64,000 bases of DNA, taken from positions 55,056,001 to 55,120,000 of the forward strand of contig OX597827.1 in assembly GCA_951406725.2 (NCBI GenBank). Direction: 5' to 3'. The DNA comes from Octopus vulgaris (taxonomy: Eukaryota). Each line of letters starts with the position of its first letter. The first letter of the stretch is position 1. The notes under the pieces are model-generated. The model was not told the origin of the DNA. It worked only from the letters and a program-made list of their open reading frames with translations, and ran no database searches. This document shows positions 12,346-24,609 of this stretch, piece after piece. Position numbers and translations under genes: made by a program.

Positions 12346-12660
12346 TTCTGTGTCTGTGTTTGTCCCCCTAGCATTGCTTGACAACCGATGCTGGTATGTT
12401 TACATCCCTGTAACTTAGCAGTTTGGCAAAAGAGACCGATAGAATAAGTACTAGGCTTACAAAGAATAAGTCCTGGGGTCGATTTGTTCGACTGAAGGTG
12501 GTGCTCCAGCATGGCCGCAGTCAAATGACTGAAACAAGTAAAAGAGAGTAAAAGAGGATTATTAGGAATTATATAAAAGAAATTGTTAAGATATTTTGCA
12601 TATTGTTGAATTATAACCAATTTATTTTACAACAAAATGAACCCTATTTGAGAACCACTG
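12040..12660. mobile_element. hAT-Charlie-like MITE split by a SINE insertion
   Basis: TIRs caatgtttctcaa / ttgagaaccactg; 8-bp TSD gtctaatc (12032-12039) / gtctaacc (12661-12668). A related partial copy lies near 1932-2090. Confidence 0.8.
12137..12556 (+). mobile_element. full-length tRNA-headed SINE family A
   Basis: A/B boxes, internal (TA)n(TG)n, 3' gtaaaagag repeats; nested in the hAT MITE. Confidence 0.9.
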
Positions 12661-13597
12661 GTCTAACCTTTCATCACCTAGCATAAAGTTGAAAAGGATC
12701 TTAGTCTTGCAAGGGCTACCTCACTAGTGCTGGCCCCATGAAAAAAAGCACTGAATACACTCTGTAAAGTGGCATGCATTAGGAAGGGCAACCAAACCTA
12801 GAAACCATGATGCAATCTCTGGACTTATCAGATCTGGTCAAACCGTCCAATCCGTGTCAATATGGAAGATGGTGATGATGGTGATTAAAAGAAAAAAGCT
12901 AATGGTGATGATTAACTCTGAGTCCCTAGCTGTAGTTAATCCTTTAATACAAGAATCCTATCATGCAAGAACTGGAAAAGACCAAACCCTGTGCAAACAA
13001 TAATGGTTTCTAACATAATCGCATTGACAAGAAATATGAAAGGAGAGGGTTAGTTGATAGATCTATCCAATACTCAACTGGTACTTTATTTTATTGGCTC
13101 CAGAAGGATGAAAGGTAAAGTTGACTTTGGTAGGATTTGAACTCAAAACAAAGATCCAAAACTAAGTACTGTAAGGCATCTCCATTTCTTATGTTAGTAC
13201 AATCCTAAAGGCAGTGCTCCAGCATGGCCACAGTCAAATGACTGAAACAAGTATCCTTCTGATAACGCTAATAATCCTTTCTACTATAGGCACAAGACCC
13301 GGAATTTGTGGGGAGGGGGATAGTCAGTGACATCAGCCCCAGTACTTGACTGGTACTTGACCCGAAAGGATAAAAGGCAAAGTCAACCTTGGCAGAATTT
13401 GAACACAGAATGTTAAGATGGATGAAATGCTGTTCAGCATTTTTCCAGGTGTGCTAACAATTCTACCAGCTTGCCACCTTACAGATAACACTAATAATAA
13501 ACACATACATACAAACATACATACATAGACTCACACACATACACATTATTCATTCTAACCTTTCCCCAACTGTCTTTTCTAATTACCAACACACACA

Positions 13598-13808
13598 CTC
13601 TCTCTCTCTCTCTCTCTCTCCCCTTATTCTTTTTCCTCCTTTCTCTCTCTCTTCCCTCTTTCCCTCGCTCTCTCTCTCCCCTTATTCTTTTTCCTCCTTT
13701 CTCTCTCTCTTCCCTCTTTCCCTCGCTCTCTCTCTCCCCTTATTCTTTTTCCTCCTTTCTCTTTCTCTTCCCTCTTTCCTTCCCTCTCTCTTTTCCTCTT
13801 TCTCTCTC
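13598..13808. repeat. polypyrimidine minisatellite, 58-bp unit x3
   Basis: ttattctttttcctcc recurs at 13624, 13682 and 13740. Confidence 0.9.
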
Positions 13809-14269
13809 AGACTCTTTGACAAAGTACAAAATGATAGACTCCAATTTGTTCATGCTAATGTGTATAAAATGATTATAGCATTGCGTATAAAAGTATAATT
13901 ACCTACGGTATTATGCCATACCTTTATGACAAATACCAACCGATAAAAGCAAGCTGCTGGCTGCTTCAGTTTGTGGTTACTTAATAGTAATTCCTGGTTG
14001 TAGATATTTTATTTCACTTGCATCATCACCAGTGCCCTTGAAACAGACATAAACATCTCAACCTACATTTCCTTTCATTTCTGTGTATATAGGTGTGTGT
14101 ATGTAAAAACCATGTTGATTGATAAGAGTTGTTGATTAGGAACGCACACCAGTTGACTACATTAAATAAAATATATCTGAATATAATAAATTGAAATGAA
14201 ATAGTTTTATTTTTTATATTTTGTGGCATTTCCTTTCAATTTAAGAAAAGTAAAATAACATTTAGACTT

Positions 14270-15245
14270 TCGATCATTTGATTGTGGCCATACTGGGGCA
14301 CTCCCTCGAAGAATCTTGGTTTAATGAATCAACCCTGGTACTTATTTTTTGAGACTAGTACTTATTCTATTGGTCTCTTTTGTTGAACTACTAAGTTATC
14401 ATCATCATCATCATCGTTTAACGTCCGTTCTCCATGCTAGCATGGGTTGGACGGTTCGACCGGGGATCTGGGAAGCCAGAAGGCTGCACCAGGCTCCAGT
14501 CATATCTGGCAATGTTTCTACAGCTGGATGCCCTTCCTAACGCCAACCACTCCATGAGTGTAGTGGGTGCTTTTTACGTGCCACCTGCACAGGTGCCAGG
14601 CGAGGCTGGCAGGGGATGTAAACACATCAACCCCAAAAGGATGAAAGGCAAAACCGACCTTGTCGGAAGTTGAACTCAGAATGTAACAGCAGACGAAATA
14701 CCGAAATGCTTAGCAGTAATTCGTCTGCCATTACGTTCTGAGTTCAAATTCCGCCAAGTTCAACTTCTTTCGGGCTCGATAAATTAAGTACCAGTTACGC
14801 ACTGGGGTCAATGTAATCAACTTAATCCATTTGTCTGTTCTTGTTTGTCCCCTCTGTGTTTAGCCCCTTGCAGGAAGTAAAGAAATAGGTGGTAGGACAC
14901 ATAAACACACACACATTGCATGGCACCAAGTGTCTTCTACTATAGCTTTGTGTTGACCAAAACCTTGTGAGTGGATTTGGTAGTCAGAAACTGAAAGAAT
15001 CCCATCGTGTATGTGTGTGAGTCTTTGTGGCTGTGTTTGTCTCCCACCACTGATTGGCAATCAGTGTTGGTGTGTTTGCATTTCCCCATAGCTTAGCAGT
15101 TTGGCAAAAGAGACCGACAGACTAAGTACTTGGCTTCAACAAAAAATAAGTACTGGGGTCGATTCCTTCAACTAAAAACTTTTCAAGGTGGTGCTCCAGC
15201 ATGGCCACACCGCAGTCTAATCACTGAAGCAAGTAAACGAATAAA
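14270..15245. mobile_element. nested cluster: SINE A pieces, RTE 3' tail (14398-14612, -), head-to-head SINE B pieces
   Basis: Recognisable segments of families A and B plus (CAT)n-cgtttaacgtccg...catgggttggacgg, the reverse complement of the LINE tail at 48960-49134. Confidence 0.75.
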
Positions 15246-15299
15246 CATGCATACACACATTTACTCCTGAATTAAGTTATTTTAAATCTCTGCTTCCCC

Positions 15300-15631
15300 T
15301 GAGACTCCCTTTGGTCACGACACAGACCATGGGATTGCACCTAGAAAGTTACCCTCCCAGGCACAAGTCCGGGCAAGGTTGTTTATGGAAGACCAGCAGT
15401 CGTCCATGCATACCGGCCTCCCCTCTCCACGCCACCAGCGTTATCCAAGGGAAAGGCAACAGCCGATACAGCTTGGCGCCTGTGACTCATTTCTACAGCT
15501 GAGTGAACTGGAGCAATGTGAAATAAAGTGTCTTGCTCAAGAACACAACTTGCAACCTGGTCCAGGATTCGAGCTCACAACCTCACGATCGTAAGCTCGA
15601 CGCTCTAACCACTGAGCCATGTGCCTTCACT
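15300..15631 (-). mobile_element. tRNA-headed SINE family D
   Basis: Reverse complement begins gtgaaggcacatggctcagtggttagagcg...gagctcgaatcc (A/B boxes); three other copies in the window. Confidence 0.85.
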
Positions 15632-16898
15632 ACTTCTACTGTTTCTGTATTTGATCGACTCCCTGCCTCTATATTATCAACTCCCTCAATCTCAATCAAT
15701 CACCCTTTATTACAATACAAAGCCTTTTTAAGGATTAGAGGGGGAGGTGCAATAAGAGAATGTTACTAACAAAAAGTTAAGAAACTAAAGCAATTCCTAA
15801 ATTTGTGTTTATTGTTTATCCTGGGTCAGCCCTGATCAAATAGATTTATGATCAAAAAGCATTCCAACCATGACCGTCTCATTTTATTTTTCACAAGCAA
15901 TGTATCTAGGATCTCATTATCCACTATATCCTTCCTTTTTCCGTTTTATCTAAAACCAGTGGTCTGAGATTTGGTAGAGATTTTACTTGCTGTTTCTCTC
16001 AAACTGGATGACCATGTAGAAGTCGATGACATCTGGAAATTATTTTCAACACATAACGTAGGGGGATGGAGAAACAACATAAATTCTATCTCCTTTTTTT
16101 TTTTTTTTTTTTTTTTTATAAAGAAATGAAATGACAAAAATGTAATTTCTGAAAAGCTGAAAAATTTATTGTATAAAACCACATTCAGGAATGTTGGCAC
16201 CGGACACATTGCCATTTCTGCTCTCTGACAAGTTGTGTCATTCTATCTAACCCAAGTTATTTTCAACCTTATCCGATTCATGTCACTCTGCAAAATACAT
16301 CATTAGCTTTATGTGACGTGTGTATGTGTGTGTGTATACAAGCAGAGGTAAGGTTGTGTGGTAAGAAGCTTGCTTCGCAAACCACATGGCACCAGGTTCA
16401 GTTCCACTGTGTGACACCTTGAGCAAGTGTCTTCTACTATAGCTATGGGCAGACCAAAAGCTTGTGTATGGATTTGGTTGACAGAAACTGAAAGCCTGTT
16501 ATAGATACATATATGTGTGTGTCTGTGTTTGTCCTCCACCACTACTTGACAACTGGTGTTGGTGTATTTACATCCCTGTAACTTAGTGATTTGGTAAAAG
16601 AGACCAATAGGATAAATACTAGGCTAAAAAAAAAATGAATTTTGGTTAGATGAATCCACCCCGGTGGATTTAAAAGCCTAGTACTTATTCTGTCAGTCTC
16701 TTTTGCTGAACCACTAACTTACAGGCTGTCAAGCAGTGGTGGTGGACAGACACAAGGACACACACATACACACACAAGCTTCTTTCAGTTTCCATCTACC
16801 AAATTCACTCACAAGGCCTTGGTCAGCCTGAGGCTATAGTAGAAGACATTTGCACAAGGTACCACTCAGTTTAAAATGTGTAAAACATATTTACCATT

Positions 16899-17160
16899 GT
16901 GGAGGTGCATGGCTTAGTGGTTAGTGTGTTAGCATCATGATCGTAAGATTGTGGTTTCGATCCCTGGACCGGGCGACGCGTTGTGTTCTTGAGCAAAACA
17001 CTTCATTTCACGTTGCTCCAGTCCACTCAGCTGGCAAAAATGAGTAACGCTGCAATGGACTGGCGTCCCGTCCAGCTGGGGAACACATACACCATTGAAA
17101 CCGGGAAACCGGGCCCATGAGCCTGGCTAGGCTTTAAAAGGGCACATTTATTTATTTATT
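16899..17160 (+). mobile_element. tRNA-headed SINE family C with 12-bp TSD
   Basis: TSD atatttaccatt at 16887-16898 and 17161-17172; A-box tggcttagtgg, B-box ggtttcgatccc; (ttta)n tail; internal ctgcaatggactggcgtcccgtccag resembles the Meta/V-SINE-type domain (recalled, not searched). Confidence 0.88.
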
Positions 17161-17530
17161 ATATTTACCATTAATATACCTCTCAGTAAAGGAGTGTAAA
17201 ATATAAATTCAAATGGCAAAAAGTCTCTAGAAATCAACTCAGTTAATTATTTCTGCTGTGTTAAGTCTTTTTATTATAAAATTCTAATAGATAATCACAC
17301 CAGTGTTGAGTAACTTTTTGGCCAATTGTGCATGTGTGTGTGTGTGTGTGTGTGTGTGAGACATACAGGCAGAGTTGTGACTGGATTGAAAGTGAGGAAG
17401 TTGCTCTAGTGTAGGTGTGTGTATGTGTGTGAAAATGTTGTCTTCTTATCCAACAAGGCAAGTTGCATTCCCAAAATACTTGCATTCTAATCCTACAGCA
17501 TGCAGAAATATATCTTACCATTTTGCCCAC

Positions 17531-17534
<4 letters not shown>

Positions 17535-17602
<68 letters not shown>

Positions 17603-17734
17603 TTCTCTCTCTCTCTCTTTATATATATATATATATATATATACATATGTGTGGGTGTATATATAATACATGTTCACAAACACACATTTCGTCTGTTTTG
17701 GGATTTTTTCCAAGAAATTGCTAATTGCAATTGG

Positions 17735-17780
<46 letters not shown>
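17535..17780. repeat. (CT)n and (TA)n microsatellite cluster
   Basis: Directly visible; source of several spurious ORFs. Confidence 0.95.
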
Positions 17781-17782
<2 letters not shown>

Positions 17783-17954
17783 ATATGCTACACACACATA
17801 CACATATATATTTGTTCTATATGCCTAAAGAAACATAGCAAGAGCTTCCTGAACAGTGTGTGAGAGAGAGAGAGAGAGAGCTACAAGATGCATTTTCAAT
17901 CAAGACTATTTTATTGAAAGTAAAAAAAAAAATACATATTTCCAAAGACCATCA

Positions 17955-18370
17955 TTGTACTTAAGCCCTTCACACCTTACAGTCATAGGCCATGACAACT
18001 TTTCTGCACTTTTCTCAACTCTTGAGTTGTCTTCGCTTCTATCCAATTGTACCCCTACTTTTTTTAGGTCTGCCTCCATATTCCTTGTACATTTCCCTGC
18101 AAGATGGCCTTTGTTTCCCTTATATTGTTTGTTTTGAATTGTCATTAATGCTTCAGTACCTTGGCTTTTCCCTTGGTAAGGATGTTGGCCCTGTGCAGAG
18201 CCATTGTTACCTCTGGGAAGAAGTGGTCCATATTAGTCTCTCCCCTAGCCTTTGAACTGACCAGTATATGAGACCCCCACCAGGAGGTTGTGCTCCACTG
18301 GCATAATTCTCAGAGTTATTAAGACACACAAGACACCACACCACAAGGACTGGACCTTGTAGTGACAGGA
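17955..18370 (-). mobile_element. bipartite non-autonomous RTE derivative (5' piece joined to ORF2 3' end)
   Basis: Minus-strand peptide TRNMEADLKKVG resembles the RTE C-terminus; 18165-18370 is homologous to 22990-23310. Confidence 0.55.
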
Positions 18371-19390
18371 CCATATTGTTTTTTTTTTCTTTTCTCTCCA
18401 CCCCTCCCCCATGGTTACAAAATATACAAACATGTGGCAAATATGTTTGCTCTAAACAATTAATTTACTTTTTATTTGAAAGAAAAATTGCTAATTTTAT
18501 GCTTAATTTTTTTTTAAATCAAAGAAACAGTAAAAGCTATTATTTGACTTTTTTTTATTTATTTTCCTTTTATTGCTTTCTTTACGTATCTCCCCACCTC
18601 ATTTCCCTCTTAGATTCCATAGTAGTTTCCAGTATGGAACTCATGCCATTCCATATAGATTCAGCCTTCGCCTGTATCCAAACTCAAAAATCTAGATTTC
18701 TTTACCACTTGCCAAACACTCAGCTCACTGTAGTTGGCTCTTCTGGAATATTTTCTTCCATATATCTATTACCAGTATGCGCATAACACACACACACATA
18801 CACACACATGCTATTCATAATGTGTTTTGTGTAGTATTTTTAGCCATTTTATTTATGCAGTTCTGTTGTGTTGTCTCTTACTAAACAGGGTGTAGTCTGC
18901 TATTGTGCCCTACCCATAAATCCTGTAGGTGTGCTGTGTTAGTTTATCTGTTATTATGATTTGTCATTTCTTACACCTTGCCTATAGTGTTTAAAGATAA
19001 AGAAAACACTATAGGAACTCATTTTTGAAGTTTGGATAGATTACGTTGTTGCCATGTTGAACATGGCAGATATGGTGGAGATTTATATTATATTCTGTCA
19101 GTCTCTTTCACTGAACTGCTAAGTTAAAGCATGTAATCAAATCAGCACCAATTGTCAAGGAGTGTAATGGTGGGAAGGGAGGGACACGCACATAAGAAAC
19201 ACACACACCGAGCAGTGGATTGGTAGAATCATTGGAGCAGTATATAAAATGCCCTGCAATATTTCTTCAGGCTTTTTGCATTCTGTGTTCAAATCTGACC
19301 TAAGTCAATTTTGCATTTCATCTGTCCAGTCTCAATAAAATGAAGTACTTATTAACTACTGAGGTCAATGTAATCAATTAATCTTTTCCA

Positions 19391-19585
19391 TTAACCATTT
19401 TGTTACTGTATTTATTTTGTGATGCTCTGTGTTTCTTTCGATTACTTTAAATATAACAAAGAATTTAGTGTTAGGAACATAAATTGTGACTAAGGTTTGG
19501 TAGAAGATTTTTAATTCAAAACTTAGGAAAACAAGACATTTGTACTCAGAGCCAGTTTCAGCTGGGTTGTTAATGAAAGGGTTAA
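19391..19585 (+). mobile_element. TTAA MITE family E (internally deleted) nested in a SINE B
   Basis: TTAAcc...gggTTAA; SINE B sequence on both sides (about 19205-19620). Confidence 0.8.
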
Positions 19586-19776
19586 AATTGCTAACCTTGT
19601 GCCAAAATTTGAAACAGTTGTTATTTAATTGAATATGTGAATTGGAAGAGCTTTAGGCAAAAGGCCTTGCACTCTGTTCAGATCCTGCCAAGATTGACCT
19701 AGACTATGATCTCTCCAAGACTGATAAAAATAAGTATCAGTCAGGTACTGACTATAATGGTTTCAAATTTTCGGCT

Positions 19777-20137
19777 TGTAATAAAAGTAAAGTTTAAAGG
19801 AAATATTAGCTGTTTTTCATGCTTTCTCAGAGTAAGCAAGTAGGAAATAACAGTTTCTTTCCAAGAACAAAAATCATGTTACACAGTGTTATCAGTACTT
19901 AAAGGATTATACGAACTTTCATAAACAAAACAAAATTAAACACAGAATATGAACAGGAGTTGTGGGGGAGCCTCGTAGCCATGTGTTGAAAGGGATTCTT
20001 TGGGGTTTTAATAAATGTAACAAAAGCAAGGTTTGAAGGAAATATTAGTTATTTTTCATACTTTCTAGAGGTAAACAAATAGGAAAATAACAGTTGCTTT
20101 CCAAGGACAAAAATCATGTTACACAGTATAATAGTAC
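19777..20137. repeat. about 120-bp diverged direct duplication (19777-19898 and 20016-20137)
   Basis: Shared aaggaaatattag...tttccaag.acaaaaatcatgttacacagt; roughly 85% identical by eye. Confidence 0.85.
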
Positions 20138-20487
20138 AATGATTTTCTTTCTTAGTTGGCACAAAAATATACAAAAGTAGATAGTTCTGAGAATTTAGAA
20201 GTTAATGGAGCAAATATTTTTCTTTTATCTTTTTTTTTCTTTTACTCTTGAAGCTACATGCTCTTCTTATTGCAACCATTCGGTCAATGATTTATAAGCT
20301 ATTTTTTTATTGGCATGTGCTGAATTAGATATTCTTCTGTGTATCAGATTTTAATATAAAACACATTTAAATGCTGAAATGGCATATTGCTGCTAGGAAA
20401 CTTTGTATATGCTTGAGGCATTTAAAAAATTTTTTATGTACTATAGTTGTATAATGAAGATGATGATGATGTTAATAGTATAATATT

Positions 20488-20720
20488 ATATTTCTTTATT
20501 ACCCACAAGGGGCTAAACATAGAGAGGACAAACAAGGACAGACAAAGGGATTAAATCGATTACATCGACCCCATTGCGTTACTGGTACTTAATTAATCGA
20601 CCCCGAAAGGATGAAAGGCAAAGCCGACCTCGGCGGAGTTTGAACTCACAACGTAACGGCAGACGAAATACAGCTAAGCATTTCACCCGACATGCTAACG
20701 TTTCTGCCAGCTCGCCGCCT
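20488..20720 (-). mobile_element. young SINE family B
   Basis: Near full-length reverse complement of 4652-4882. Confidence 0.88.
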
Positions 20721-21139
20721 AGCCGATAGAAATGTTTGTTGAGTGGTTGGCTGGTTTCTCCCGGCGTGCTTTTACATCACATTGAGTAAAAGGGGGAGAG
20801 AGTGGAAAAAAGGAAGATGCAGAGAGAGTTAACATAAGAAGTTTTGAGTGGTTAAAGGAAAGTTGAAATTGACAAGTAGCGGTTCCAGGATGGGGAAAAT
20901 GATAAAGGCTACGTAGTTGATAGATGCTAAATACATGACACATGTTTACACATTCTCTTTCTATCTCTATCTCTCTTTCTCTTTCACACACTCTCTCTTA
21001 CAAATACACATACTCATGCAGTCAATTATCTATCCATTACTCTCATACACATGGAGATATAAATATACAGTTTAAGTAGAATAAACTTGACAAACAGTTG
21101 ATAGGAGGAGATAAAGAAGCAATAGATTTACATGACCTT

Positions 21140-21320
21140 ATATATATGGATAGATAGATAGATAGATGGGTATGTAGATAGATAGATAGATAGATAGATA
21201 GATGGGTAGGTAGATAGATAGACAAATAGGTTGGTAGGTATGTACGTAGCTAGATGCATATGTATGTATGTTTTTGTGTGCGTACACATGTATGTTTATA
21301 TGTATGTATGTATGTATGTA

Positions 21321-21378
<58 letters not shown>
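21140..21378. repeat. (GATA)n, (TATG)n, (TG)n, (TA)n microsatellite cluster
   Basis: Directly visible. Confidence 0.95.
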
Positions 21379-21380
<2 letters not shown>

Positions 21381-22115
21381 ATATTTTAATAGTGACTGTT
21401 TACCCATGGTGGCTAAAGTGTGCTTCCAAAATTACTTGTCTTGTAACTGGTAGCACTCTAGTTATGACATCATTGAGCATTATCATCAAATGTTTATTTT
21501 CAAAGTGTTTTTTTTTTAGATCTTTTTTCATTTTTTTTAAAATTCATATAGTAATATTTTTGAAATCCTAAACGTTACTGATTATGATAATCTCCATGAA
21601 TCATATTATATAGGTAGCTGTCTGTTTGAATTTGTCTATATGGATACATGTATGTATGTACTTAAGTGGCTTAATATATTTTATCAATCCAGGCTCTGGA
21701 TATACAGTTCGTAGATGTGTGTATCTCAGCTGAATGATTAAAACTCGAAATAGGATGATGATATCAGCATTGGCAATCTTGAGTTTGAGCGTTACATCTT
21801 TAAATAAAGCTTGGGGGTATCAGTGACGGTGAAGCAGAATTGCCTTAGTTTTTGGCTACAGCTCAATTAGAGATTTATAAAAATAAAATTAAGAAATGGG
21901 AAAGCTTTACACTTACTTGTTAATATTTTGTTAAATCGTGTTAAAAGTTTAGTTTCATCACCACTGTGTTCTGAATTCAGACTCTACAAGGAGATAAGTC
22001 TTTGACTATCATTCTTGACTATCATTCTTGTTGAGCCAATGTAATTAGTAACCAGAAATACTCTAGTGAAACAATAGAATCCAAGGAAACTGGACATGAT
22101 GCGTATCAAGAAAGT

Positions 22116-22345
22116 TTAACTCTTTTGTTACTAACCCGGCTGAAACCAGCTCTAGCTCTGTAATACAAATGTCTTGTTTACATAAGCTTTGAATTAAAAT
22201 CTTTCACCAAACCTTAGTCACAATTAATGTTCCTAACATGAGATTAATGATAACTAAGTTTTTTTTACTAAATTCTTTGTTATATTTAAAATAATTGAGA
22301 GAGAAACAGAGAATCTCAAAATAAATACAGTAATGAAAGGGTTAA
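22116..22345 (-). mobile_element. TTAA MITE family E
   Basis: Reverse complement of 52115-52343; TTAA at both ends. Confidence 0.85.
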
Positions 22346-23017
22346 GTTAATATATGCACTTGAAACAGCCTTAGATTAAAATACTGGTATGTATAATATT
22401 TATTATATGTACACAAACTAGCTGTAATATTTTATCTCAGAGATAAGGCAATGAGCTGCTAGAATTATTAGCATGCCAGGCAACATGCTTAGTATTTTGC
22501 CCATCTTTACATTCTGAATTTAAATTCTGCTGAGATTAATAAAATAAGTACTAGTTGAAAACTGGGGTTGATGCCGTCAACTTACCCCACCCCCCGAACT
22601 TGCTGGCCTTGTGCCAAAATTTGAAACCAATATTTTGTCTCAGAGAAACAGCTCAAAGAGATTTGTGCTAAAAACACACAGCTTCACTCAGAATGCCAAG
22701 ACTGCCAAAGATGGAGTTTAGATTTGGTTTAGTCTTCACAATAGAATAAGTTATTTTATGGAGAAGAAGAAATATAACTTTTAAAGCTGAACACTTTGTC
22801 AATAGAGTTGATTTAATTAACTACATGCTGCCTCTGTGCCTATATTTACTTACTTAAGCCCTCTGCTCCCTATGGGGCAGATAGGCCATCAGCAACAGTT
22901 TTTTTTTTTCACTGTTCGTCACTCAGCACTCTTTCCTTTCCCAGGTCTTGTTGGTTTTGAATGGACAATGATGCTTTCTGTAACTCTGCTTTTTCCCTGA
23001 TAAGGGTGTTCACCCTA

Positions 23018-23252
23018 CACAAAGACCATTTTTATTCTGGGAAGAGGTGGTCCACCTTTGTCCAGCCTCTGACCTTTGACTTGTCCAGCATGGGAGGTCC
23101 TACAAGGAGCTTTCACTCCACTGGCATAGCTCTCCACAAAGACCAATTTTATATCTGGGAAGAGGTAGTCCACCTTTGTCCAGCCTCTAACCTTTGACTT
23201 GTCCAGCATGGGAGGTCCTACAAGGAGCTTTCACTCCACTGGCATAGCTCTC
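23018..23252. repeat. 117/118-bp tandem duplication inside an RTE-derived element (about 22850-23310)
   Basis: Copies 23018-23134 and 23135-23252 are nearly identical. Confidence 0.9.
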
Positions 23253-24609
23253 AAGGTTATTGAGATACACAAGCCACTTACAATACAAGACTAGACCTTG
23301 TAGTGGTCCTCTGTTCTTTTGCTAAATCAACATAAATCTGTTATACTTGGGGATGGCCATGTTTTCTTTTTGCCTATTAAACTGATGCACTATTTATTTG
23401 ATCTTCACTTTAGTTTTTGTTTGTATTATTTTTAGCTTGTATGTCTGTCAAAGTGCTTTCATCAAACATTGTGTGACCTCACCATTAACTCTCTGCCTCA
23501 TGTGTCTCTTCTTGTCCTGCTCATTCCATTTTATCTTTCTGTGGTATGTCAGTGATATCAATATTTGATTAAAGAGCAGTAATTAGCTATAATAGGAGGA
23601 AGAGTAAAGGAATTATAATTATTGTTTAGACTTAAGGCAACTTCAATTGACTGGACCTCGATCAAAATGATTCTGTCCACAACCATCCGCGATTTTGTTT
23701 TAACCATAGTGTTTCTCTCTCTCTCCCTCTCTCTCTCTTTCTTTCTTTCTTTCTTTTTTCCCAGTTGTAGACTGAGATTTGTGAAAGAGTAAGTTGGTTT
23801 TTCCTAGCAGGTTGAACAAGCATCACAAGATCCATTATTAGTTTGTTGAACAATAGCTGAAGACTAAGCTGGATGCTTACTGATATTCAGTTTGGGCTCA
23901 GATTATATGGAGGAAAACTTGGCCCCTGATTTTCACTGATGGATGACCTGCTCATTTAATATAATGCTCTACTGCCTCTGCTGCTCTTGCTTATATCACA
24001 GACTCTTGCGTTTTCTGTATAAAGTGTTGATCTTCACTCAAAATCAAACATATGTAGAAAAAGAAAAGGAAAAATAAAGCTTCTATCAGTGCAGAATATT
24101 TTACAAAACCGTTGTATTTCAGGTACAAAGGTCTATCCTCAAAAGAAAGTAGTCCAAGAAATGTCTAATTGCATAGATTTTCATTGTTTTATTTTAAACT
24201 GCTCAGCATTTGGGTTAACAGCAGTAACAGCAATTCTCCAACTGTTGGTGCATTGTTAGAAGCTTTCTTTATTTTCCTTCACTTTTTCTACTTCCGTATA
24301 ACAATGCTTCAAGCATGCAACAATAGTCAAACTAGTATATTAGAACATTTTCATTATTGATTTCTAATTAAGATTAATGGCCACCCCAGATCATGATTGT
24401 CTCGTGTTTTCTTCACCATATCTATGTTAGTGACAGAAATGAAAGGGAAAATTGACTCTCAAGAGATGAAAAGTGAAGGACAGGATTTGGATTTGGTTAT
24501 GCATCTCTGGATGCAAACATATAAAATTTAATTCTTTTTTCATGTTGGATGGGTCTTAAGGCAGGATGCTTTCCAACCCTCACCTTTTAAAATACCTTAA
24601 GTAATGAAC

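Noticed and set aside
13598-13808. Regularly spaced repeats as a CRISPR-like array (also 48690-48975)
   Set aside because: Eukaryotic context, no unique spacers and no cas genes; ordinary tandem repeats.
16899-16975. tRNA-like sequences with A and B boxes (also 12137, 15560-15631, 35652, 45328)
   Set aside because: They are SINE heads continuous with SINE bodies and TSDs; no complete cloverleaf with acceptor stem.
17261-17863. Long ORFs rich in YI/HT/CV/ER/LS dipeptides (also 21043-21571, 32377-32915, 44285-44907, 53670-54502, 58875-62199)
   Set aside because: Translations of dinucleotide microsatellites that lack stop codons; no protein signal.
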